This document shows, in pieces, positions 13,045 to 25,009 of a DNA stretch of 64,000 nucleotides. The stretch spans positions 46,438,001-46,502,000 of the forward strand of contig NC_090332.1 in assembly GCF_035084215.1 (NCBI RefSeq), in the 5' to 3' direction. Position 1 is the stretch's first letter. The number at the start of each line of letters is the position of its first letter. A model generated the notes under the pieces. That model had not been told where the DNA came from. It did not search any database and saw only the letters and a list, made by a program, of their open reading frames with translations. The stretch comes from Heptranchias perlo. Taxonomy: Eukaryota. The translations under genes and the position numbers were made by a program.

Positions 13045-14857
13045 CTACAGGAAAAGGGAAAAAACAAAATCAAACAACTAGTTTGGATGCTGGAATTCTA
13101 CCACCTGTGCTTTTTGTTCACACCTGATTTTTGCTATTTTTTCATCTTTGAGACACTAGCCAAATATTAACATGTTTGAATGCTCTATTTGGAAAGTTAA
13201 TGCATTTTGAAATATTGGCAACTGTACAACCATCACAGTTTAGATTTTATCTCAAAACTTGTTCATGGCAAAAAGGCAGGTTTCAAAAGCATACAGTCTG
13301 CCAACCCTATCATGCAGCAGAGTTGGCATACCCAATGCCAACCCAAGAATTACCCCCAATTATATCACCCACTGGAGGTCACATTGAATGCCCAACATAT
13401 TTCCAATTTTTTTGAAAAGTAGGAAATATTGGACCATCATAGCAATGCACACAGGCCAAAATTAGAAGATTTAAATAAGGGTGAATAACACAGACGCAGT
13501 AAGATACTAAGCGCAATACTTTAAAATAATTTCAAAGCAGAATTAGCCCAAGGATTAATATATTCTCAAACATATTTCTTGCAGTTTGATAAGTGACAGG
13601 ACTTTTGGACTAAAAAAAGTTATTCATAGTCCTTCACAACATAATCGTTACATGGAAGATAAATTGAGTAAATCCATGGAGTTAAGACCTCCATCCAGGA
13701 CCTAAGCTAAGTAACCTGAACTTGCACCAAGGGAAACCTCTCACGTTGAACATTTCTTTGATATCAATCTGGTAGTACAACAGATCCAACACCTTGTGAG
13801 GCAAGATGTTAATGTCTGGATATTATTGCGCTTCTCCAAACTTTTCCTTTAAGTTTAGGAATGAATTAGGGATTAAATTGGTTTGGTTTGTCAATCTGCA
13901 TGCATTACCATTTCAAAGTCTGCACAAACACTTATTTTTAAAAGTGAAATTCATTTCATGCAAGGTACAAAAGGATATCTATCCCAGACACTTCTTGAAC
14001 ATGCTTATAGGTCAGTCACACATACTAATCAGACACAGAAGCATTGGAATTTTCTTAGATATAGTTAGCTCAACTGCTTTTTAAAACCAGGCTTACCATA
14101 TCTAAAAATCAAACAAAATACAAAATTGTGTCTATTTTGTCACAACCAACGCTGTGCTGCAGTTTTTCTTATTCATCCATTCCGTGTACTACTTCCCTCA
14201 AGAAAGTCAGTTGCAGCACATATGCCATACTAGGTTTTCATATTCCATAAATTCAACAAATTTACACGATTAAAAAAGCTCTGGTTGATGCTTAAAGTCT
14301 AAAAACACACAATCACAATTTCTATATAAAAAGGCAAACTTCAGTTCAGAGAGATAGAAGGAATGATTCAATTCCATTCCCAATATTTTTTTGTTAACAA
14401 TTCTAAATCAAATGTCTCATTTTTGTGTACTTGTATTTTTCCAATGCTCACAGAATATTTGCTGAAACAGAAATACAATGTGGGAAAGGGATGGGGTTAA
14501 AAAGGGAAAAGATAATCAACCTGTAAAAGGATCAATACCACAAAATCCAGTCAACTATACCATACAGCATGCTGCAAGATCCATGTTTTACAATAAAAGG
14601 TATTCAGGGCTCACTAGGGAAGCTGAATAAACACAGTTAAAAAGGAAACAGCAGTAGGGGAGGAGAGGTAGGGGAGAAACAGCATTTAAACAATTTATGT
14701 AGGGTCATGTACATCATGCCAATTACTCTGGTTTGAAACGGTTATGAAATCTCAAGAACCACTTTTCCATGTGGTAAGAGGTTGGTACACTTAACATTCA
14801 ATAAATTATATGCAGGAGTAAACTGTAGGGTATTTAAGTTAAAATGCTGTTACTTAC

Positions 14858-14992
14858 TTTAGTTGCCTGCTGAATTATACTGTCCCAGACCTGATTTGGC
14901 AGCATCATATATTTTTCTATTAAATGTTCTTGTACTGCCTGGTCAGTCTGAGCACCTATCATGTAACCAACTGCTTCATAAAATGTGTGAAC
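14858..14992 (-). CDS. XPO1: Exportin-1 exon 17
   Basis: VHTFYEAVGYMIGAQTDQAVQEHLIEKYMMLPNQVWDSIIQQATK; tag|GTT ... AAA|gtaag; 135 nt. Confidence 0.97.
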
Positions 14993-15174
14993 CTATTGAC
15001 AATGAGAAGAACAAATTTATTTTAAACCAGAATTACGTAAAGATAGTGGGAAAAGGAAAGTAAATACAAGATTTAACATTGAATCACTAACGTGTCAACC
15101 TTCCAGTCCACACATACCCTTCTAACCCTTGAATATCTAAATATAAATTCTCTTCAAAATATATGTAACCTTAC

Positions 15175-15338
15175 CTGCTGTGGCTGAAGATCACAAATGA
15201 TAGTATTGATATTATTCAGGATCTCATCAATGAATGGCATTACTTCCCCAACTTGGACCTGAACAAAGTGTCGACGACATTTTTGAGCAATTTTAATGAA
15301 AGTATCACAAGCCATATCTTGAACTCCATCATGGGTTT
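15175..15338 (-). CDS. XPO1: Exportin-1 exon 16
   Basis: (E)[54 protein letters not shown]; ttag|AA ... CAG|gtaag; 164 nt. Confidence 0.97.
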
Positions 15339-15583
15339 CTAAATTAATTTAAAAAGATTTTTATACTTAAAAAGAAAAAAAAAAACTCACTATGACTTAA
15401 CATTTTACCACAAAGACTGCTCTAAGTGACAAAGTCACAGGTTTCACTGACAAAAAAACTTTTCATCCAATTACAATTTATTCTTGGATTAACTGATCAT
15501 GCTTGCCTTGCATGAATGCAGCAAGCACAATATTACAGCAGGGGCAACTGAAGGGCATGGAGCATGTGTGCATTAGATGTCAC

Positions 15584-15880
15584 CTTGGCTAAGTTAGTGG
15601 CACTCTCACTTTAGAACCAGAAGGTTGTTGCGGTTTCAAGTCCCACTCTTGGCCACATTACATAGGATAAAACAATGCAGTAACGGAAGAGTGCCACATT
15701 ATCATGGGTGCATCCTGCAGGTGTTAATCAAGGTCTCATCTGCCTATTCCAGCAGTTCAGGTGAAAGTTATAAATAGCATGATACTCAACTTATTGCTGG
15801 GCACAGAATGGCAGTTAAGTTTGTCTGCAAACAGTTGCACCCCTATTTGCATGTGAAGCGCTTTTGGGATCTTTATGTAC
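15584..15880 (+). mobile_element. Degenerate DeuSINE/SacSINE1-like SINE
   Basis: tRNA-like head TGGCTAAGTTAGTGGCACTCTC..GTTTCAAGTCCCACT; tail GAAGCGCTTTTGGGAT. Confidence 0.6.
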
Positions 15881-18494
15881 TGACCATCTACTCTACTTGT
15901 ATACCTGGCCAGGCACAGTCAACAAAAGAAATATAACAATTTGATTTTCTTAAAAAAAAACTTGGAAGTGCAGCCTACTCTCAACATATTCTCATTTAAT
16001 GAGCACATCAGGAGGGACATTTATTACCAAGTTTTTACCTGTCCAGATTTAAAAACGAAAAAATGTCAGCTATTGATTGTACATTATTTTTCTTGTAGGG
16101 TCTCCATTCGTCAATTAATATACATTCCACAAACAGACTGGAGTAAAGCCTAGCTTAATTGGCTCTGCAGAAAACCATGCCATTCATGTATATGAAAATT
16201 TTTAACTGCAGATAGCAGGTATTCTGCACTGTATAAACCCTAGTATCTGCACCACGGTACCAGCTCCTTCTAATCTGAAGTTAAACTGAAACTGACCTCT
16301 ACAACCACCCTCCCCAACAAAAAAAATACCCCCAACAGGCCAGTGGTGATGGATGGGCGACATCATATTACGTTAAGGATGCATATCAAAGAATAGAGAC
16401 TCTACAAGATCAGTAAGCTATTTTCCTCCTTCACTAAGCATCCTCCAAATACTGTAATAGCAGAACAATGTAGCACAATTCAGGTTGGGGGGGTGGGGAG
16501 GTCCTAGGAGAGGACCAATCTTCCAAAAGGAGTATGTGCTGCAGTTATATTTAGACAGTAATGTTTAATCAACACGTGAGGTCCACCCTCTGTGGAAGTC
16601 TTAGATTTTGTCAATTGAAACCCAAATAAGTACAACCCAAAAAGCCACCATCAAATGGTCTACAATTTGTAGCCTGTCCCCAGGCTTTTTCCTTGCAAGA
16701 TACTATTGGTGCAGAATGCACTCCACATCCATTAACTATCTGCAGCTTAGTCACTAATCCTTGCACAGTAGGAATCAAATAATTACCATAAGTCAAAAAT
16801 GAGAAAGAATATAAGGCCGTGAGCATCTATTTAACAGAAATCATGTTCAAGTCCTGACTTGAGTGACAGCATTAAACAACAGGACAATTTCTTGACCAAA
16901 ATAAAACCAGGAAGCAACTTTAAATTAAGGCCTCTAAGCAAGTCCCAACCACCTTTATCAAATCAATTACAGCTGTTATACATTAAAGGTCTTGTACTTC
17001 ACTAACTCTGCAAGTCAAAGTGAACGCCAACAGTCCAGCCTTCCACAAACCTCACGTGTATACGGAGGTTTGAATGATGGGTGCATTAACTTGTAAAGAA
17101 CTAAGTTGAGGGCCTAATTGGGACCCAGTGAAGGTCTGAATGAGCACAAATAGCTTGCATGAAATGGAATGCCAACTGGTGATCCCCTAATGATTCAAAC
17201 TTAAATAATCCATAAATGACAAACACCCATAAAAATAAATATAAGACCAGGTTTTAAATTTCAACCAATGTCAAATAAGTGTTTCCCAGAGTATGCAAAG
17301 ATCACACTAGATAGACTGACTTTGCAGAATAACATGTGGGAAAGTATCAGAGCCATTATCTGTAATGTTTCACCAGGGATAATCACAGGAGCAATAGTCA
17401 TGCTCCTGATCACTACCAAATAAACAGAGCTTGAAGTGCAAATGTATAGACAGTGAGAATAGGATTGATCAGAGCTGTAATGTCTCCTACAGTAACATGG
17501 TCTGCTGTCACTCACCAAAGCTCACTATGAATAATGAACATTTGGACAAGGTACTAGAGGGCACCCAGCAAAGGGTCATTGCCTTCAGAGAAGAAAAAAT
17601 GTTGAAATACAGCTTGTTAGTTTTCATAATATTCAGAAGGTAGAATCTATATTCTTGGATTTGTGTAGGGCGGAGACAAAATAAGAACCAGGACAGATCT
17701 GTTTATCTATGTGAAATGAGGATACCAGCTTAGGCAAAATACTCCATTTCTCATGCCAATGTTCTTTCCCTCTTGTATTTTCAAATAGTTCATAGATAGG
17801 AACCATAAATTTAATGTGACTATTAACTATTTGTTTTAACATTAATGTTCAAGTATGAAGGTGGTGGTAGTTTCTAACATAACTTAAACCAGCGCACAGG
17901 AATGATTAGAGATTGTAGATGCCAAAAGGAGCACTCATCATGACCTTAAGCAATATTTCAAAATCAAATGTCATGAATTTTTGCAGTTTAGATACATCTT
18001 TAAACAAATGTTCAGGAATTCAACTTTAAAAAATTAACATCCATTAGATGTAATGCCATACCATTATTTTTTGAATAGATTCTTCCAGTGCTGAATTTTT
18101 TATGATTTTGCAATTAGGTTTATCCTACAGCTGTAGAAATGTCTGGAGAATAACAGGAAAAAGTTACGTGAAGCGGGTTGAACATTCTGAAGTTGTGTCA
18201 ATCTCAAGGGATCTGAATTTTCATGGCAAATTATGCCTTAAGATTAAACAGAGTTCATGTTAAACGTGTATTGTATATGGTCTTCAGAAGAAGCTGGTGT
18301 GATGGGCCATGTATCCCTTTCTAGTTCCATGCTTATGTTCTTATGATGTAAAATGTCTGGGAGACCCTTCAATTTCAGTCGTGGGCAAGGGATCCAAACT
18401 CCAAGAATACTAGCTGCCAGCAGTTTTCTTTTAATACACAAAATACACCTTTTTCAAAAATACATTTCTTCTTTTTCTAATCTGACAAACTTAC

Positions 18495-18651
18495 CATGCA
18501 TAAATTCAAATAGTTTGTTAACCACAGTCTTTAAAAACTTCCAGTGAGCTCTTAAGAAACGTGGGTACTGGCCCACAATATACATGATATTTGAAGCAAT
18601 AATGGCTTTGTTGTCTTTACCCCTCTTCTGTTCACACAGTCCCAAAAGATC
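18495..18651 (-). CDS. XPO1: Exportin-1 exon 15 (NES-binding groove; C528, E571)
   Basis: [52 protein letters not shown]; tag|GAT ... G|gtaag; 157 nt. Confidence 0.98.
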
Positions 18652-19049
18652 CTATGGAGTTAAAACAATGCATATATTACGACACAAATCCAAAACAGAA
18701 AATTTCAATTAAAAGGGGAGTGGAAGGAGGGGGAAAACGGAGTCCAAAAAAGTAATCCTCATCTTGATAACCACATATTATACACAAGTATAATATGCAA
18801 GTTTCCTATACTGTTGTGCTTCTGCAACAGGAACAAAAGTCAACTATAAAATAAGCAAAGTGAGGTAAAAGAAAAAATGTTGTTCACAAAGCTAAGTAGA
18901 GGAGGGAAACCATAAGGCCATCTAGCTCATTCTTCCATAGAAACCTATGATTCACCTATCACAGCATCTAACTGCTTTTGGAATGATTTGAGTTTTTGCC
19001 TCCACTACCTTACATGGAAGGCTATTCTAGATAGTAATAGATTCTAGAC

Positions 19050-20645
19050 ATTTTTTTTAAAATTCGTTCATGGGATGTGAGCGTCACTGGCGAGGCCGGC
19101 ATTTATTGCCCATCCCTAATTGCCCTCGAGAAGATGGTGGTGAGCCGCCTTCTTGAACCGCTGCAGTCTGTGTGGTGAAGGTTCTCTCAGTGCTGTTAGG
19201 AAGGGAGTTCCAGGATTTCGACCCAACGACGATGAAGGAACAGCGATATATTTCCAAGTTGGGATGGTGTGTGACTTGGAGGGGAACGTGCAGGTGGTGT
19301 TGTTCCCATGTGCCTGCTGCTCTTGTCCTTCTAGGTGGTAGAGGTCACAGGTTTGGGAGGTGCTGTTGAAGCCTTGGCGAGTTGCTGCAATGCATCCTGT
19401 GGATGGTACACACTGCAGCCACTGTGTGCCGGTGGTGAAGGGAGTGAATGGGGTGCCAATCAAGCGGGCTGCTTTGTCCTGGATGGTGTCGAGCTTCTTG
19501 AGTGTTGTTGGAGCTGCACTCATCCAGGCAAGTGGAGAATATTCCATCACACTCCTGACTTGTGCCTTGCAAATGGTGGAAAGGCTTTGGGGAGTCAGGT
19601 GGGGAGTCACTCGCTGCCCAGCCTCTGACCTATATGGCTGGTCCAGTTAAGTTTCTGATCAATGGTGACCCCCAGGATGTTGATGGTGGGGGATTCGGCG
19701 ATGGTAATGCCGTTGAATGTCATGGGGAGGTGGTTAGACCCTTGTTGGAGATGGTCATTGCCTGGCACTTATCAGCCCATGCCTGAATGTTGTCCAGGTC
19801 TTGCTGCATGCGGGCTCGGACTGCTACATTATTTGAGGGGTTGTGAATGGAACGGAACACTGTGCAGTCATCAGCGAACATCTCCATTTCTGACCATATG
19901 ATGGAGGGAAGGTCATTGATGAAGCAGCTGAAGATGGATGGGCCTAGGACACTGCCCTGAGGAACTCCTGCAGCAATGCCCTGGGGCTGAGATGATTGGT
20001 CTCCAACAACCACTACCATCTTCCTTTGTGCCAGGTATGACTCCAGCCACTGGAGAGTTTTCCCCGATTCCCATTGACTTCAATTTTACTAGGGCTCCTT
20101 GGTGCCACACTCGGTCAAATGCTGCCTTGATATCAAGGGCAGTCACCCTCACCTCACCTCTGGAATTCAGCTCTTTTGTCCATGTTTGGACCAAGGCTGT
20201 AATGAGGTCTGGAGCAGAGTGGTCCTGGCGGAACCCAAACTGAGCATCGGTGAGCAGGTTATTGGTGAGCAAGTGCCGTTTGATAGCACTGTCCATGACA
20301 CCTTCCATCACTTTGCTGACAATTGAGAGTAGACTAATGGGGCGGTAATTGGCCGGATTGGATTTGTCCTGCTTTTTGTGGACAGGACATACCTGTGCAA
20401 TTTTCCACATTGTCGGGTAGATGCCAGTGTTGTAGCTGTACTGGAACAGCTTGGCTAGAGGCGCAGCTACTTCTGGAGCACAAGTCTTCAGCACTACAGC
20501 TGGGATGTTGTCCGGGCTCATGGCCTTTGTCATATCCAGTGCACTCAGCCGTTTCTTGATATCACGTGGAGTGAATCGAATTGGCTGACGACTGGCTTCC
20601 GTGATGGTGGGGATATCAGGAGGAGGCTGAGATGGATCATCCACT
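19050..20645 (-). mobile_element. Young CR1-group LINE, family B, 5'-truncated, in XPO1 intron 14
   Basis: ORFs 19913-20644, 19720-20019, 19116-19610 (NPANYRPISLLS, LDIKAAFDRVWH, GVPQGS, FADD); A-rich 3' end. Confidence 0.92.
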
Positions 20646-21529
20646 AGTTTACCTCTTAGTGTAAAGCACTTGCAGAAACTTGGTTTTCCCCTATTCTAGA
20701 ATTTGTTCCAATGTTCTACGGATCTAAAACCTATCCTTCTACACCATCTCTCTAGCCACATTTTGATATAGGCAATCTGCTTCTGCCTAATTGGTCACTT
20801 GGTACCAATGGTAATCCTGACATTACTATCCTTAGATCTTGCTGGTTCAATCTAGAACCCAAGTCCTCAAAATTCCTCTGCAAGACCTATATCCAACCAT
20901 TTACTATTTCACTGGCTATTATATGAACTACATGAACCATGACTTCTTGCTGTTTTCATTCCCTTTCCACAAGTAGTCTACCCTCAGTTAAGGGTCTTCC
21001 CTTGGACCACTGGTTGCAGCTACAAAATCAGACTGGTTGGCCTCCAGTAATGAAATCTCCCTCTACTAATGCATGCTTATTCTCATGTATAGTTTTTTTT
21101 CCCCTCCTCTTCCCTGTGCCTACACCCCTGTCCTCATCGTAAGTGTCAAGACCTATATATACACCTATTGGACAACTCCACCCACCTTAGTTTTCTTGTA
21201 TTGATTCCTCCAGTCTCTTCTTACAGGCAGGTCACCCACATCTCGCCTGAAGACAAAAATCACCCACATCCTCCCCGCTTCTTCACTATTCTGTGAGGTG
21301 ACCAGCTTCAGGGAGGTTTCTGCTGGAAGCCCTTGCTCTTGCAAAGGCTGCATTCGGGCAACACAACGGTGACACTTCAGGAATATGCACTCCGCCTGAT
21401 TACTTTGCAGGATATCCATCATCATCCATACCGCTGTATCATTCATAGACCCTGATCCCACCATTCCCCAGCTGATGTACTAATTCTCAAGTACTAACTC
21501 ATGAATTAAACTTTCGTTTTCAACCTGTG

Positions 21530-22490
21530 GCGATAAAATGCAGGGAGACGGGAGGTGAACATTCATGGTGAGAGGCAAGGATGTGAGAGATAGCATTGTT
21601 AATGATCAACACCTCAGAAGAAGTGATAATTGAGTGGACCTAGGTATGGGCAGGAGTTTGTATGAAGGGAGAGTTAGTCTCAGAGCAAGGGAATTTGGAT
21701 ATAGTTTGAAATTAGAGAAGGGGAGTCACTCAATACCAAGACCAAGGCAAGAATCTTGGTGAAGTTAGTGTGGGGTTTGGAATGGTGGTACTCAATGAGG
21801 ATTTTAAGCAAGTGACAGGAGGAATGGAAGACTGCACAGTGCTCAAAAAGGAGAATATGTCTAAGGAATAGTGGAAAGAGTCCCAGACAGAACTTGAGAC
21901 CTGCCTCTTCACATGGTAGTTTGAGCAGAGCAAGTGATGGAGTATATAGCCAGGTGGGAAGATTTCAAAGAGAGGTAAGCAGTCATCGCCATGGTCTCTA
22001 TCAGTGCCAGGATATCTCTAGTCCTCCTGTCGGGGAATAACAGAAGTGGAAACTGGTGAGTGATTTGGTGAGAGCAAGGGTCTCCATTAGTATCAGGATG
22101 TTTAAATTCATCCACAATGAGGTCATTGATGGCAAGGACCTTGTTCACCATTAAGAATATTCTGGTTGGTGGAGTTGACACTCAAAGAATGAGCTGTTTG
22201 CTTGGTGTAGAGAACAGTGTGGGTTGTTGCTGGGTGAGCCAGGCATAGATACTGTGATAGGAGTGGGCTCATTCAAGGGACATTTGGTCCAGGGACAGTA
22301 GCAGCAAAGAAGATAGGGAGAGTGGTGTTAAGTTGGGCTAGGGATCTAGGAAGGCATTGGGGGGGGGGGGGGGGGGGGGGGGAGAAAAAGCAGGCATGGC
22401 AGTAGGAAGAGAGAATGGAGAATAGAAGCAGGGTAGGGTCCAGAAATGGCCAGAGAGAAAAGTGGGAATGACAGCTTGGATCTGGAGCAG
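21530..22490 (-). mobile_element. Decayed L2 LINE, endonuclease region
   Basis: ORF 21909-22181 VNKVLAINDLIVDE resembles the start of an L2 APE domain; purine-skewed composition. Confidence 0.5.
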
Positions 22491-22738
22491 CATCCAATTT
22501 GTGCATATAAAGTGGACAGAGACAGACCTATATTATAAATAACAGTGGTAGACTGCTGGGCATTGCGATGTTCTAGTTCTCCATATAATTATCAGATCTG
22601 GCCAATTTACTCAAAATGGATTGTTGCCATAATTTGGCAGCCCTTGTATTATTCATTTTTGCAAGAGTTGTTACCCCAACTAAAAACAGTCCCTGATACT
22701 CCATGTGAAGTCATATCAGCAACATTCAATCCACTTAC

Positions 22739-22920
22739 TTTTATTACAGTTACCAGAAATCTCTTCTCATCTTCCTCATGCATAGCGCCACTAATTGACC
22801 CAATAGCCCAACAGAGGGTGTTTAGATTCTTCCATGACCATTCAGTGCCATTCACCTGGTTGTGAAGTTTGTCAGTCATAATACGTTCAGTATCTGCATA
22901 GTCCAAATGAGTAAGGTACA
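22739..22920 (-). CDS. XPO1: Exportin-1 exon 14
   Basis: (V)[60 protein letters not shown]; gcag|TG ... AAA|gtaag; 182 nt. Confidence 0.97.
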
Positions 22921-23295
22921 CTGCAAAAAAATTAAAATTAGAGAACCATGTATTCTACTTTAGACACCATTAAGATAGTTAATATTAATATTTCTGTCAC
23001 AATTTCCTGTGCGAAGCTACATTTTTCTAAAGACAATTTGTCCAGTATTATTTAGAACAGCTTTGATTATATTGTACATTACTCAAAAATTCAAATATGT
23101 TCTATAGCAGTTTAAGCAAACTGAAGTAATGCTAATGCAGAAGAGAACAGTTACTAAAGAGTCCATGAAAATCAATTCTCTGATGCCAAGTTACATAGTA
23201 ATAATGTAGTCCCATTTTCTGGCTAAAAATACCATTGAGAAATAAATTTACCAGGATTGTTGAAACTGAAACATCCAAGAACGCGGTATCAAGTT

Positions 23296-23787
23296 TAGCG
23301 AAACCTGCAAATTACGGACACCTTAGAGATTGGCATCAGCTGTCCTTTTTTTGTTTGCAGGTGTCCTTATTTTCAAAATGGTCATTGTATGTACTGTAAA
23401 AATTGTCAGCAGAATGGAGAGTTCTTTACCCAGCATCCAGAGCAGCTGAGACACCACTCTATCCCTGGGATAGAGCCGTGCAAGCATTCAATCCCAGAGA
23501 TAGAGTGATTTCTCTGTCGCTAAGGGTACTGGGTAAAGAGCTCCCCACTCCACAAAAGCAGTTTCTTTCACAAAATCTGCTGCCGCCTTGCGCTGACCTG
23601 CGCATTCTGTGCTTTAATTTGTAAAAGGGCATGATGTGCTGAAAGCTGTCCATAGTTCATAATTTGCGTGTCCATGGTTTCACAGTGCCCCTTGTAGATT
23701 TTACCATGCAAGTTATTTGGATCTCAATAAGTATCCGTTTTGCAGGTGTCCGTTTTTTGGGAGTGTCCATTTATACAGGTTTCACTA
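23296..23787. mobile_element. Tc1/mariner (pogo/Tigger-like) MITE
   Basis: Imperfect TIRs TAGCGAAACCTGCAAATTACGGACAC vs reverse complement TAGTGAAACCTGTATAAATGGACAC; subterminal TTTGCAGGTGTCC repeats. Confidence 0.6.
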
Positions 23788-23945
23788 TACAAAATGCTGA
23801 ATATTTTTCAATAATTGTCCAAAATTGAAAAATTATGGGCTAGGAGAGATGTAGGATAGCTATTTTAAGTCATTGATATGCTTAGTTTTAAACATGATTA
23901 CATCTTCAACAATACCCTAGTTGGAGAAGGGAGGGAAAACCGTAC

Positions 23946-24084
23946 CAAGAGTTTCTCTCATATTTTTATACAAGTTGATGGAATCTGTATCCTTCATGAA
24001 CTCTCGCACAACCTCTCCTTGGTCATTTTCCACCACTAGTACTTCTTCTGGTTTGGCCATACGACTGACCATTAGAAGGCGAAC
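23946..24084 (-). CDS. XPO1: Exportin-1 exon 13 (acidic HEAT9 loop)
   Basis: [46 protein letters not shown]; caaag|GTT ... G|gtacg; 139 nt. Confidence 0.97.
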
Positions 24085-24535
24085 CTTTGAGGAAGAAGCA
24101 TCTATATATATTAAAAGTCTTGCATATGACAATTAAAAGCAGACGCTGTGGATATTAAATCATAGGGAACGATCCACATTATATACGTAAAATGATCACT
24201 ATTTAAGCAGTAATAATTTTTTCTTAAAACGTCAAGATTTTACAGACAACTATAAGGACTACTTCTGATCAAGCAAATGAACTAAGAGTGCTGTTCCACT
24301 AAGCACTTATATACAATGAAGTAGGAAAATATCTTGACCTAAACAGTAAAGCAAAAGAAATTGAATAAATTTCTTAAAAAGGACAATGATTCTAAGTGGC
24401 ATCTCTCCCTCAGGAGAGAGGGCAAATCTCAAAGAACGATACTTTAAAATATTTTAAGTGTCCGTACTACAATTAAAATTTAGGGAAGAGAGTTAATAGT
24501 ACAGATTTCTGTAAACAACCACTCTCAATGCTCAC

Positions 24536-24733
24536 CTTAGACAACACTGGCAAATAAAGTTGTCTCCTCGGAGGAACATCAAATTGTTGACTTCCAGAAA
24601 GCACAGGTGATGCAGGTGTTGAGAATGGACTTTCCCTGTAGAGTTCAGAAGCCAAATGGTTCCAATACTCCAGGCAAATTTTGAATATCTCAGTTTCCTC
24701 CACTTCAGAGACAAGCAGCATGTAATGAAGAGC
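24536..24733 (-). CDS. XPO1: Exportin-1 exon 12
   Basis: ALHYMLLVSEVEETEIFKICLEYWNHL...PPRRQLYLPVLSK; acag|GCT ... AAG|gtgag; 198 nt. Confidence 0.97.
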
Positions 24734-24850
24734 CTGTGGAATAGACAAAAGATTGCCTGAATTCAGTTCTTTTCTTTCTACAGCAGTTATGTGCAATAAT
24801 TTATACCAACATTAAGCACAATACACATTAACATTTGCTAAAACTCTTAC

Positions 24851-25009
24851 CTCCATAAGGGTTTCTCTCAGATTCAATCGTTTTTCAATAAGCTGCCCAT
24901 GTTCTTTCAAGAACGTACAAAGAAACAGGCTCAAGTTCTGGATGAAATTCTGTTCATCATCCTTTCCATTGGCATAAGCCACTCGAATATTGGTGTTCAA
25001 AGGGAGCAT
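24851..25009 (-). CDS. XPO1: Exportin-1 exon 11
   Basis: MLPLNTNIRVAYANGKDDEQNFIQNLSLFLCTFLKEHGQLIEKRLNLRETLME; ttag|ATG ... GAG|gtaag; 159 nt. Confidence 0.97.

Noticed and set aside
22358-22382. Long poly-G/poly-C runs (also ~30296, 35444, 37978, 51130)
   Set aside because: Simple homopolymers, mostly in decayed repeats; lengths may be sequencing artefacts
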